A stretch of 63,800 nucleotides of DNA, the filler included, from Lama guanicoe (Eukaryota): the NCBI GenBank assembly GCA_013239625.1. It is 213 parts of 213 records of this genome, joined end to end, with 100 filler letters (N's around TTAATTAATTAA, not from the genome) between each part and the next. Parts side by side here need not be neighbours in the genome. Positions count along the whole stretch, not along the records: positions 36,901 to 37,100 come from PNXV01030066.1; positions 37,201 to 37,400 come from PNXV01030067.1; positions 37,501 to 37,700 come from PNXV01030068.1; positions 37,801 to 38,000 come from PNXV01030069.1; positions 38,101 to 38,300 come from PNXV01030070.1; positions 38,401 to 38,600 come from PNXV01030071.1; positions 38,701 to 38,900 come from PNXV01030072.1; positions 39,001 to 39,200 come from PNXV01030073.1; 205 more parts are not named here. One strand, 5' to 3'. The position numbers and the translations under genes are program-made. How positions within the stretch are numbered: the first letter of the stretch is position 1; each line of letters starts with the position of its first letter. Below are positions 36,801-48,800 of this stretch, piece by piece. The notes beneath the pieces are model-generated. The model was not told the origin of the DNA. It saw only the letters and a program-made list of their open reading frames with translations, and made no database searches.

Positions 36801-37200
36801 NNNNNNNNNNNNNNNNNNNNNNNNNNNNNNNNNNNNNNNNNNNNTTAATTAATTAANNNNNNNNNNNNNNNNNNNNNNNNNNNNNNNNNNNNNNNNNNNN
36901 TGTGATGGCTTTATGACAGCTTTTTGCCCATTTCAGCTTTACTTCCTCCTGAGTCTTTGGCTTCAGCATCTATATAGTATGTTCCTAAAGGCAAAGTAAT
37001 AGCACTGGATGCCATTTATCCTGAAATTTCATCCTGTATCACTCTTTAGGTAACACATGAATTTCCATGGAAACTGGAGTCTCTGACCAATTTTCCACAT
37101 NNNNNNNNNNNNNNNNNNNNNNNNNNNNNNNNNNNNNNNNNNNNTTAATTAATTAANNNNNNNNNNNNNNNNNNNNNNNNNNNNNNNNNNNNNNNNNNNN

Positions 37201-37256
37201 TATGAATATTGATGTGAAAGTTTTTGTGAGAAAATGTTTTCATTCTGTTGGCTGTA
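37201..37256 (-). mobile_element. L1M fragment (antisense), target of the MITE below
   Basis: tatgaatattgatgtgaaagtttttgtgagaaaatgttttcatt. Confidence 0.65.
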
Positions 37257-37396
37257 CAATTGACCCGCCATATCAGTAGTTTCCACTACATGGATCCAGA
37301 TGGCTTACTATAAAGGGACTCGAACATCCTTGGATTATGGTATCCAGGATGGGGGATTCCTAAAACAAACCCCCCGAGGATAATGAGGGATGACTC
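37257..37396 (+). mobile_element. Complete ~140-bp MER2/Tigger-type MITE
   Basis: TA flanks at 37255-56 and 37397-98; degenerate TIRs caattgacccgccatatc ... gataatgagggatgactc; MER2-like right arm gggactcgaacatccttggattatggtatcc. Confidence 0.75.
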
Positions 37397-40300
37397 TATA
37401 NNNNNNNNNNNNNNNNNNNNNNNNNNNNNNNNNNNNNNNNNNNNTTAATTAATTAANNNNNNNNNNNNNNNNNNNNNNNNNNNNNNNNNNNNNNNNNNNN
37501 GAGGAGTTAGCCATACTGGGAAAGAAAAAACAACCCAATTACTACTCAACGGTTGTCTCTGTGTTCATATTTTATGGCTCATCTCAATATTGAGAACACC
37601 TAGGCATTCAGGATACTAATTAAATACCTGGCCTTTGACAGCTGGTTAACACTCCATCCTGAGAGTCACAGATTTGCATGTGCTGTTCATTCCGTGGTTA
37701 NNNNNNNNNNNNNNNNNNNNNNNNNNNNNNNNNNNNNNNNNNNNTTAATTAATTAANNNNNNNNNNNNNNNNNNNNNNNNNNNNNNNNNNNNNNNNNNNN
37801 ACAGAGCCGTGGCCATGCTCAGCCAGGTACGTGACCTCCAGGCGGGACTGGCAGAGAAACCCAGGATCTGGGCATGCATGAGAACCTCACGTCCTCCTGG
37901 GCCGGGGACCCCAAGACCTTGGCACTCTTTGTCTGGGTGACCTAGACAGAAGCCAAGGAGGTTGGTCCAGGTCATATCTGAGGCCTCTTCCATTTCTGAG
38001 NNNNNNNNNNNNNNNNNNNNNNNNNNNNNNNNNNNNNNNNNNNNTTAATTAATTAANNNNNNNNNNNNNNNNNNNNNNNNNNNNNNNNNNNNNNNNNNNN
38101 CTTGGAAGCGACACAACTGGGGCAGGAACCAGTCATCTTCCCCATAAACAGGGTCAGTGAAGGGATCAAAGGGACGGACATGTCACTTGCTCTTGAAAGC
38201 CGAGCATCCGTCTGACAAGGGAGAATGTAAACAAAAGCACATCTTAATTACCAATAGCCCCACGGCAAAAAGGTGAGGAGTTGTGCACGTCTGTGGCATC
38301 NNNNNNNNNNNNNNNNNNNNNNNNNNNNNNNNNNNNNNNNNNNNTTAATTAATTAANNNNNNNNNNNNNNNNNNNNNNNNNNNNNNNNNNNNNNNNNNNN
38401 ATTTGTATACCAAGTGTCAGGAAGAGACACTTTCAGAAGGGGAGAGAAAATTATCTCTTTCTCTTCCCTGGCTTACGGAGAACCTGCTACTCACGTATGG
38501 TAAAGTTCTGTTAGCTTTAATTGCGTGGTCCCAGGAGTTAAGACCTGGGGTAAAAGGCATATAGTGGGCAACACATTTTTTATTGACTGTGAGGTAATAA
38601 NNNNNNNNNNNNNNNNNNNNNNNNNNNNNNNNNNNNNNNNNNNNTTAATTAATTAANNNNNNNNNNNNNNNNNNNNNNNNNNNNNNNNNNNNNNNNNNNN
38701 AGTTATACAAAACAGAAAATCATGCCCCTTAAAAATTATAAGTTTGTAGCGAAGATTTTAGTATTGTTAACTGAAATGAAGAGTCTTCACTTAGAGAATG
38801 ACAGAAGCAGATTCCAATATAGACTAAATATTTAGTCCAAAGATTAACAGAGACATAATCTGATTATTGAGTATACTAATCCCCTATATAATACTCTCTC
38901 NNNNNNNNNNNNNNNNNNNNNNNNNNNNNNNNNNNNNNNNNNNNTTAATTAATTAANNNNNNNNNNNNNNNNNNNNNNNNNNNNNNNNNNNNNNNNNNNN
39001 TTCCAACCCTTACAAATGTAGTACGCAAAGACAAGGACAGAACTGGTCAAACGGTCTGGAAGTAGGACTTTCTCTAGTTCTATGACCTTGTCCCAAGCCA
39101 GATGCAAGTGCAATCAGAGGGTCGTATGAAATGATTGCGTGATGACAAAAATCGAGTCTAGTCTTTTCAGTGGATGTGAGGAAGGGTGGCTCAGAAGGGA
39201 NNNNNNNNNNNNNNNNNNNNNNNNNNNNNNNNNNNNNNNNNNNNTTAATTAATTAANNNNNNNNNNNNNNNNNNNNNNNNNNNNNNNNNNNNNNNNNNNN
39301 TAAAACCTCATGAAGTAGGTGGTGTAGTTTCTATCGTATTGATGAGAAAGCTGAGACATTAAAAAAATGTTACATCTCTGGGGCACGGGTGATGAATTGC
39401 GTGGGGAGGAATTCATACAGATGAAACAAGATTGGCTGTAACATGAGAATCTTAAAGTATGGGTGATGTTTCACTACACTGTTCTATTTTTTTAAATGTA
39501 NNNNNNNNNNNNNNNNNNNNNNNNNNNNNNNNNNNNNNNNNNNNTTAATTAATTAANNNNNNNNNNNNNNNNNNNNNNNNNNNNNNNNNNNNNNNNNNNN
39601 AGCTGGAGGAGTGAGAACCTGGGGGTTTGCCCAGCAAGTGGTGCCGCCCGTCCCCCAGCCCCGGGACACACGCTGCCCCTCCCACGAGGCCCTGTCCGGG
39701 GTCCTCCTGGACTGGCGCTCTGGGAACTGGAACCAGCAGCCTGCCCTGCAGGGGGTCTGCGTCTTCGGATCTGGGGACCCATCCTGTGTGTCAGATGCAG
39801 NNNNNNNNNNNNNNNNNNNNNNNNNNNNNNNNNNNNNNNNNNNNTTAATTAATTAANNNNNNNNNNNNNNNNNNNNNNNNNNNNNNNNNNNNNNNNNNNN
39901 AATTATTGTTTCTAAGAAAAGGTCAGATCTTCAGCTTTTTAAACTTACATCGTTATCAACAGAATAAAGCCAACCACAAAATAAGGATCGACAGAATGCA
40001 GTAATCCAGTCATAAAGGACCGTCAGATGCGCTTACACATATTCAAGAAATCCATCAATTTGTAAATAATAAATAGATCATTTGCATCCTTTTGTTTTTT
40101 NNNNNNNNNNNNNNNNNNNNNNNNNNNNNNNNNNNNNNNNNNNNTTAATTAATTAANNNNNNNNNNNNNNNNNNNNNNNNNNNNNNNNNNNNNNNNNNNN
40201 CAGGGAACTAGGATGTACAAATGTGACCCCGCCTAGGAGGAACTCAGTGTGTGTTGTGTCTAATTCAAAAATAACAGCACAGTTTGTAATACAAATTGGA

Positions 40301-40519
40301 GGCAAAGGATCCTCCAATAGGTCCATAAATACAACCACGTCAAGAAATAACAGAGCACATGGAAAGCATTCATTACAAAGATCTAGACAGGAGCCAAAAA
40401 NNNNNNNNNNNNNNNNNNNNNNNNNNNNNNNNNNNNNNNNNNNNTTAATTAATTAANNNNNNNNNNNNNNNNNNNNNNNNNNNNNNNNNNNNNNNNNNNN
40501 GGAATATCAAATGTCTTTA

Positions 40520-40700
40520 GGACCAGGTAGATAAGTTAAATGGTTGTACAAGGTGTGGCCTAAAATACCATAAAATAGCAAGAAGTGTGGCTGAACTGAA
40601 GAGTACATGCCCCATCTAAAGGGATTCACATTTCAAAAAAAAATTTCAACGCTCTTCTCAATTAAACTCTTTGTCTACAGAATTCAGCCAGATTGTACCA
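40520..40700. mobile_element. hAT-Charlie (MER102-like) remnant
   Basis: aactgaagagtacatgccccatctaaaggg recalled from old hAT elements. Confidence 0.4.
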
Positions 40701-41700
40701 NNNNNNNNNNNNNNNNNNNNNNNNNNNNNNNNNNNNNNNNNNNNTTAATTAATTAANNNNNNNNNNNNNNNNNNNNNNNNNNNNNNNNNNNNNNNNNNNN
40801 AGTTAAAATCCCACAGCAATTAAAATTACTGCTAGAGGAAGATGGGAGGAACCAAGGAGAAATAATATGTTCCCAAGAGCAAAGTACATGTAGATCAATG
40901 CGCAGTATCATCAAGGATTAGAATCTGAATATAAATTCCCAAGTTGTGGCTAGTTAGAACATTATCCTCTAATATAAAATTCATTAAGAAAACATGTTTT
41001 NNNNNNNNNNNNNNNNNNNNNNNNNNNNNNNNNNNNNNNNNNNNTTAATTAATTAANNNNNNNNNNNNNNNNNNNNNNNNNNNNNNNNNNNNNNNNNNNN
41101 AGTTAAAATCCCACAGCAATTAAAATTACTGCTAGAGGAAGATGGGAGGCACAAAGGAGAAATAATATGTTCCCAAGAGCAAAGTACATGTAGATCAATG
41201 CACAGTATCATCAAGGATTAGAATCTGAATATAAATTCCCAAGTTGTGGCCAGTTAGAACATTATCCTCTAATATAAAATTCATTAAGAAAACATGTTTT
41301 NNNNNNNNNNNNNNNNNNNNNNNNNNNNNNNNNNNNNNNNNNNNTTAATTAATTAANNNNNNNNNNNNNNNNNNNNNNNNNNNNNNNNNNNNNNNNNNNN
41401 AAAACTGAGTTGGAATCCGTGACTGTAACCTAGAGGACAGGCACACAGTTTCATGCAGGGAAATCCTCCCAGGATTTTCATGATGCAAAGATACTGCTGG
41501 TTCAGGTTTGTAGGACACTGATGAAGCTTTTTCCTTCTAGATGTAGCAATCTTCTTCTAGTATTAGGGTAAGCCACGTGTGAAGAAGAGACTTAAAAGGA
41601 NNNNNNNNNNNNNNNNNNNNNNNNNNNNNNNNNNNNNNNNNNNNTTAATTAATTAANNNNNNNNNNNNNNNNNNNNNNNNNNNNNNNNNNNNNNNNNNNN

Positions 41701-41900
41701 ATGTTGCTGCAAATGGCATTATGTTGTCATTTTATGGCTGAGTAGTATTTCATTGTATATAACACAGGGAAATATATTTAAGATGTTGTACTAGCTTATG
41801 GTGAAAAACAATGTGAAAATTAATATATGTATATTCAACTATGACAAGAAGTGTGCTGTACACCAGAAACCGACACAACATTGTAAACTGACTGTAACTC
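41701..41900. mobile_element. L1 3' region with an orientation switch near 41758
   Basis: 41701-41758 is antisense L1 (atgttgctgcaaatggcattat...tatggctgagtagtatttcattg); 41759-41900 is sense 3' UTR (cacagggaaatatat...acacaacattgtaaactgactgtaactc). Confidence 0.85.
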
Positions 41901-42600
41901 NNNNNNNNNNNNNNNNNNNNNNNNNNNNNNNNNNNNNNNNNNNNTTAATTAATTAANNNNNNNNNNNNNNNNNNNNNNNNNNNNNNNNNNNNNNNNNNNN
42001 CAGGCTCTTCTTGCCTGATGAGGACAGAGAAGATGGAAGGACTCTCAAATGGCAACAGAGCACACCCTGCTAGGGAAAATGCTTCACAATCTCCAGGGAG
42101 TGGGGTGAGAAGGGATTGGTGATATCTTTCTATTTAGCCAAAGGGAGTGTGGATTTATTTATAAATATGAGAACATTGCAAAAGAGTGGGATCTTTTCAG
42201 NNNNNNNNNNNNNNNNNNNNNNNNNNNNNNNNNNNNNNNNNNNNTTAATTAATTAANNNNNNNNNNNNNNNNNNNNNNNNNNNNNNNNNNNNNNNNNNNN
42301 CTCCTCCCTCCTTGCTGACCCGTTTCCCATCTCACCCTTCCTTCTCTCTTCCTTTCTCCTCTTCTTTCTTGCTGCCTTTCTGAGGACTGAATAAAAAAAA
42401 GGATTTCTTGTTCTATGAAAATCAAAAATTTTTTGAAGGAGCCATGGTTTTCTTCCGGAAGCAAGCGAAAAATAAGACAAAATGTCTCTTTGAAGGCTCC
42501 NNNNNNNNNNNNNNNNNNNNNNNNNNNNNNNNNNNNNNNNNNNNTTAATTAATTAANNNNNNNNNNNNNNNNNNNNNNNNNNNNNNNNNNNNNNNNNNNN

Positions 42601-42800
42601 GATGAATGGATTTTAAAATGTGGGATAGTCATACAATGGAATATTATTTGGCTTTAAAAAGGAAAGAAATTTTGACACAGGCTACAACATAGATGAGCTT
42701 TGAGGACATTATGTTAAGTGAAGTAAGCCGGTTACAAAAAGACACATACTATAGGAGGCCCCTAGGGTAGTCAGATTCATAGACAGTCGAATGATGGTTG
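42601..42800 (+). mobile_element. L1MB-type 3' region
   Basis: gatgaatgga...catacaatggaatattatttggctttaaaaaggaaagaaattttgacac...gaggacattatgttaagtgaagtaagcc. Confidence 0.9.
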
Positions 42801-45800
42801 NNNNNNNNNNNNNNNNNNNNNNNNNNNNNNNNNNNNNNNNNNNNTTAATTAATTAANNNNNNNNNNNNNNNNNNNNNNNNNNNNNNNNNNNNNNNNNNNN
42901 TCTGTACAGAGCAGCCCTTGACCAACAGAACTAAGTTAAACAGGCACAGGGGTGCCCCGCAACACCCAGCCCGAGACACGGGCCAGCAGCCAGGGCCAGG
43001 ACCAGACAGCCCAAGGCAGGTGGAGGACAGGGGCAGCTGCACTGAGGCAGTCCCAGGGGACTGCAGAGGGCCGTTCACCATGGGTGTGGGTGCACAGGGC
43101 NNNNNNNNNNNNNNNNNNNNNNNNNNNNNNNNNNNNNNNNNNNNTTAATTAATTAANNNNNNNNNNNNNNNNNNNNNNNNNNNNNNNNNNNNNNNNNNNN
43201 TCGTCAATAAAGTATGATGAGTGAGTATTTTTCAAATAGCGTATTAAAAGATCTAATCAGCATTTTATATACTCAAATTTTTTTTTAAGAATTAGGGGTT
43301 TTTCCCTATGTATACTTAGCCTACTGAGAGTTCCAACTTTTGACTATGAAAATTTGAATGGTTCTTTATTTCAATAAATTTTAACAAACAATAATATCTC
43401 NNNNNNNNNNNNNNNNNNNNNNNNNNNNNNNNNNNNNNNNNNNNTTAATTAATTAANNNNNNNNNNNNNNNNNNNNNNNNNNNNNNNNNNNNNNNNNNNN
43501 ATAACAAGATAGCCCCAATACTCTGAAATTGTTTTAGAGAAGAAAAAAGGAAGTTTATTTTAGAAAGCGAGTATAACATTGCCACTTAAACCTGCTACAG
43601 TTAGCACAGAAATTAGAAAATTATAGAACCTATATGATTAAAAGTTAATTAAAACTACTTCCCCTTAAATATAACCACAAAAATCCTAAATAAAATGAAC
43701 NNNNNNNNNNNNNNNNNNNNNNNNNNNNNNNNNNNNNNNNNNNNTTAATTAATTAANNNNNNNNNNNNNNNNNNNNNNNNNNNNNNNNNNNNNNNNNNNN
43801 TTGAAGTTTAGAGGAATAAGAAACCAACTTTACTTGTACCATACAACTGAAGCTAGCCAAGTTCCGTATCTATAAGCGTAGCTCATTCATTCAGGTGTTT
43901 CTTACCAAGGGCCAAGGATTTGCTGGGTCCTGGAAATGCTGGAATAATGAACAGGACCAGGTCTTTAGAAATTCATATTGCACCATATTTTGGCTCTTTC
44001 NNNNNNNNNNNNNNNNNNNNNNNNNNNNNNNNNNNNNNNNNNNNTTAATTAATTAANNNNNNNNNNNNNNNNNNNNNNNNNNNNNNNNNNNNNNNNNNNN
44101 CTGGGCCAGAGTGGCCAGGAGCATGGAGGACCGTGCCGATGGCTCAAGTTCCAGGTCCCCGGAGGGATCAACTCGGCCATGTGATATGACCAGAGAGGGA
44201 CCCGGCGCCACATCTCCCCGCCAACAGTGTGAGGGGAGAGGTAGTTATTTTGAATGCACATGGTCTGCAGCTGCCTGGGCTCCACCGCACACGTGCAGAG
44301 NNNNNNNNNNNNNNNNNNNNNNNNNNNNNNNNNNNNNNNNNNNNTTAATTAATTAANNNNNNNNNNNNNNNNNNNNNNNNNNNNNNNNNNNNNNNNNNNN
44401 GGACCTCATTTGTCCATGTAGATGCCGACCTTGCCATGGAATGGCTGTCCGGCCGCGTGCATCTTGGACATGGGCTCGTGAGCTGGGTTTCGTCAGTCAC
44501 ATTCTCCCTTCCAGACCCTGCACCTGGTGCTTGCAGGACAGAGTAGGGCCTTGCAAGGGTAGTGGGGGCTGTGAGCCAGATTCCTTGGGTGGCGCTGGTG
44601 NNNNNNNNNNNNNNNNNNNNNNNNNNNNNNNNNNNNNNNNNNNNTTAATTAATTAANNNNNNNNNNNNNNNNNNNNNNNNNNNNNNNNNNNNNNNNNNNN
44701 GGAGCTTTAAAGCATTGGAACCAGGGTAAAAGTAGTTACCTCTTTCTGGTTAGGGAAACTGAGGCACAGAGTGGTAAAGGGGTTCACCTAGGTTCCCTAG
44801 TGGGGCAGAGGCAGCATGGGGGCCCTGCCTATGCTTCAGGCCTTCAGGATGGTGTCCCTTGCCCTGGACGCCAAGTCAGAGGAAGGGAAGTCATCACTTC
44901 NNNNNNNNNNNNNNNNNNNNNNNNNNNNNNNNNNNNNNNNNNNNTTAATTAATTAANNNNNNNNNNNNNNNNNNNNNNNNNNNNNNNNNNNNNNNNNNNN
45001 GATAATGGAAATGAGAACAATTACAAGATCAATGCCAGCATGACCCAGATATCACCAAAAAGGGAGACTACACAACTGTGTTTAATGACAGGGGGACAGA
45101 TGGAGGTGGTAAGTAACCAGAACATAATGCACAATATGCAGAAAGGGAGTCGGGGGTCAGGGATCACAAATCTGAGATGAGACAAGCAAGTTTTCTAAGT
45201 NNNNNNNNNNNNNNNNNNNNNNNNNNNNNNNNNNNNNNNNNNNNTTAATTAATTAANNNNNNNNNNNNNNNNNNNNNNNNNNNNNNNNNNNNNNNNNNNN
45301 GGCTTTGGTTCAGCACCTTCCGTGGCGCCAGTGGAAATTGCCCATCACGGCCGGGCCCTTAGAAGGAATTAATGCTTAAATGTGTACTGAGAAAAGTCCA
45401 CAGTTTCATGACATGTCAGTTGAGAAGTTTTTTTGTTCTTGGTTTTTTTACATCTGTTAACAATTTTTCCTAGCCTTAAGTTGATTTAGATCTGATAACT
45501 NNNNNNNNNNNNNNNNNNNNNNNNNNNNNNNNNNNNNNNNNNNNTTAATTAATTAANNNNNNNNNNNNNNNNNNNNNNNNNNNNNNNNNNNNNNNNNNNN
45601 TGCATGGAGAAATTACCTCAGTTCAAATCTTTTTACCAGAGCATCCTAGATTTTTTGTGTCTTGGGTATAAAAGAAAATGCATGCACATACTACATAGCA
45701 TGATTGTATGTGGGTTTTTTCCTCCTATTTCTAATTTTACGAAAAGCTCCTCCTTTACAGGCTAAGTCAGGGGTAGGGTGGAGGCAACACTGAAAGGGAG

Positions 45801-46224
45801 NNNNNNNNNNNNNNNNNNNNNNNNNNNNNNNNNNNNNNNNNNNNTTAATTAATTAANNNNNNNNNNNNNNNNNNNNNNNNNNNNNNNNNNNNNNNNNNNN
45901 CTTCTCTCAGGGACCTGGGGCCCAGGCTTGACCCTTCATCATCATCTCTGTCATGATTGGCACGGAGTTTCCAGGGCGTCAGTGCCCCGAGTGCCTGTGA
46001 CCCCCCCCTACACTCAACCTCCGGCCCAGACCCCTGCCCAGCCCCTGACCGACCTCTCACCTCAGTGCTGGGGAGACCTGGCCTGACAGGTGATAAAGGA
46101 NNNNNNNNNNNNNNNNNNNNNNNNNNNNNNNNNNNNNNNNNNNNTTAATTAATTAANNNNNNNNNNNNNNNNNNNNNNNNNNNNNNNNNNNNNNNNNNNN
46201 CTCAGGATTGTTTTGTTTCCACAA

Positions 46225-46400
46225 ACACACTATATTTTTCCATCTATTTGTGTTGTCTTCAATTTTTTCCTTGGTATCTTACAGTTTCCCAAGTACAGGA
46301 ATTTTACCTCCTTAGTTACATTTATTCCTAAATATTTTATACCTTTTGATGCAATTATAAATGGTATTGTTTCCTTAATTTCTTTTTTTGATAGATCATT
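46225..46400 (-). mobile_element. L1 ORF2 (antisense)
   Basis: tttccatctatttgtgttgtcttcaatt...tttacctccttagttacatttattcctaaatatttt. Confidence 0.9.
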
Positions 46401-46800
46401 NNNNNNNNNNNNNNNNNNNNNNNNNNNNNNNNNNNNNNNNNNNNTTAATTAATTAANNNNNNNNNNNNNNNNNNNNNNNNNNNNNNNNNNNNNNNNNNNN
46501 CTGTCAAAGTGTCTTTCTGAGATTCTGACTCATATGTGGTCATTGACTTTGCATCTGGCCAAGGCAGGACCTGGACTGTGAGGGTGGGTGGGAGAGATGG
46601 GGAATCAGTTTGCTTTGCCAGCATGGTCTAACAGGGAGCCCAGGGGAGGAGCAGGGCAGCTCTGGGACCCAGGGCTTCCTGGGTGTGGAGTCTCCTCACT
46701 NNNNNNNNNNNNNNNNNNNNNNNNNNNNNNNNNNNNNNNNNNNNTTAATTAATTAANNNNNNNNNNNNNNNNNNNNNNNNNNNNNNNNNNNNNNNNNNNN

Positions 46801-47000
46801 TGCCGTGAGCAGACGCCCGAGCTGTGGGGCAGTCTGTAGCGGTCCGCTGCCTCCGAAATCACAGGGACTGCAGCTCAGCACCGAGGACTGACGGCAGGGG
46901 AGACGGCGGCGCCCCCGCAGGCGTGTTCCTGCCCGCTGTTCTCGCGCCTCGAGGTCTGGCAAGGCCTACAGCCCCGCACCCTCACCCACATCCGTTCTCT
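46801..47000. promoter_or_regulatory. CpG-rich fragment
   Basis: High GC and CpG density. Confidence 0.5.
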
Positions 47001-47400
47001 NNNNNNNNNNNNNNNNNNNNNNNNNNNNNNNNNNNNNNNNNNNNTTAATTAATTAANNNNNNNNNNNNNNNNNNNNNNNNNNNNNNNNNNNNNNNNNNNN
47101 CAGACTAGATACACTTTAAGAACTACTATGTACAGTTCTTATCAGTAAAAGATATCACCTTGGCACTTAAAATCAAAATTATTGTATTTTGTACTTCTAA
47201 ATTCTTTATAAATTATTTAATAATAATAATAATAATGGTATAAAATTTCATTTTTTTGAGATCCTACTATAATTCAGAAAATGTGCAGGGGAAGTTACAT
47301 NNNNNNNNNNNNNNNNNNNNNNNNNNNNNNNNNNNNNNNNNNNNTTAATTAATTAANNNNNNNNNNNNNNNNNNNNNNNNNNNNNNNNNNNNNNNNNNNN

Positions 47401-47600
47401 CGCCTCAGGACCTTTGTATCTGCTCTTTCCTGGAAGACCCTTCTCTTCAGACACTCAGGTGGTTTTCTCCCTCACTTCATTCTGGTCCACATGCAAATTT
47501 CAATTCCTCACAGAGACCTTCCCTGACCATCCATCTACAGAGACTGATGCACCAATCTCTTTACCTCCTTTCCCTGTTTTATTTTTCTCCAAAGCACTTG
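47401..47600 (+). mobile_element. L2a 3' region
   Basis: cctcaggacctttgtatctgctctttcctggaa...ctccctcacttcattc...agagaccttccctgacca...ttatttttctccaaagcactt. Confidence 0.88.
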
Positions 47601-47714
47601 NNNNNNNNNNNNNNNNNNNNNNNNNNNNNNNNNNNNNNNNNNNNTTAATTAATTAANNNNNNNNNNNNNNNNNNNNNNNNNNNNNNNNNNNNNNNNNNNN
47701 GCAGGCACTTCTGT

Positions 47715-47855
47715 TCCACCTGGAATGTCTAGCAGTGAAGTGCTGGGTCGCAAGTTATGTATTTCTTCACTTTTATTCAGCATGCTGTTATTTTCAAAGG
47801 GGTTGTGGCCATGGTCACTGCCATGAGCAGTAGGAGAGTTTCTGCTGCTCTGTGT
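47715..47855 (-). mobile_element. Old L1 ORF2 3' remnant (antisense)
   Basis: tctagcagtgaagtgctgggtc...ttttcaaaggggttgt...cactgccatgagcagtaggagagtt. Confidence 0.6.
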
Positions 47856-48404
47856 TATTAAAGAAATGATTGTAGGCTGAATGGACACTTCCCCTACCCT
47901 NNNNNNNNNNNNNNNNNNNNNNNNNNNNNNNNNNNNNNNNNNNNTTAATTAATTAANNNNNNNNNNNNNNNNNNNNNNNNNNNNNNNNNNNNNNNNNNNN
48001 AATAATCACATCAATTTCCCAGGCCAAGAGTCAACACAGGGGTGAGGCTAAGCGAGGGGTGTGCTTAGGGAATAAGCCTCTGTACAAGAGCCAGAAGTGG
48101 AGAAAAGATCCTTCTCCAAGACACCAAGCTTTAGAAAGGTGTTAGTCAGCAAATGAGGAGAGAGGTTTCGAGGGCAGCTGCTTCTCCCTCTAGATCTTTG
48201 NNNNNNNNNNNNNNNNNNNNNNNNNNNNNNNNNNNNNNNNNNNNTTAATTAATTAANNNNNNNNNNNNNNNNNNNNNNNNNNNNNNNNNNNNNNNNNNNN
48301 CAGTGTTGACTGTGGTCATTTCTGCTACCACTTCTATTATTCGTTGAGTTAATAACTGCTCTATTTATTTATCTTTTCATTTGTTTAGTTTACTTTGTGA
48401 CCAT

Positions 48405-48500
48405 TTGGGGTTAATGATATTCTCCCAAGTTTATATGTGGAAGTCTTAGCCCTCAGTATCTCAGGATGTGACCATATTTGGAGCTAGGGCCTTAAAGAGG
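48405..48500 (+). mobile_element. MLT1 LTR 5' end
   Basis: tttatatgtggaagtcttagccctcagtatctcaggatgtgaccatatttggagctagggccttaaagagg. Confidence 0.85.
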
Positions 48501-48600
48501 NNNNNNNNNNNNNNNNNNNNNNNNNNNNNNNNNNNNNNNNNNNNTTAATTAATTAANNNNNNNNNNNNNNNNNNNNNNNNNNNNNNNNNNNNNNNNNNNN

Positions 48601-48745
48601 TCTTGTGGGTATAAACCCAAAGCAAGGGAAGTCAGTGCCTCGAAGGGATCGCTGAACTCCCCTGCTCATGCAACATTAATCGTAATATCCACGATCTGGA
48701 AATGACCTACGTGTCACTTGATGGGTGAAAAAAGAAAGAAATTGC
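48601..48745 (+). mobile_element. Older L1M ORF2 3' fragment
   Basis: gggtataaacccaaagcaagggaagtcagtgcctcgaaggga...aatgacctacgtgtcacttgatgggtgaa. Confidence 0.75.
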
Positions 48746-48749
48746 TAAA

Positions 48750-48800
48750 TGAGGGGGGAGGTGGGAAGGGACAGACTGGGATTTCAAAATGTAGAATAGA
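48750..48800 (+). mobile_element. Young camelid-type L1 3' UTR
   Basis: ggtgggaagggacagactgggatttcaaaatgtagaataga. Confidence 0.7.

Noticed and set aside
23701..41300. Near-identical pairs as tandem duplications or a diversity-generating template/variable repeat system
   Set aside because: Fixed 49-bp identical flanks and mixed substitution types fit assembly bubbles; there is no adenine-specific mutation pattern.
45309..45329. REST/RE1 site (TTCAGCACC...GCGCC)
   Set aside because: Left half matches but the GGACAG right-half core is absent.
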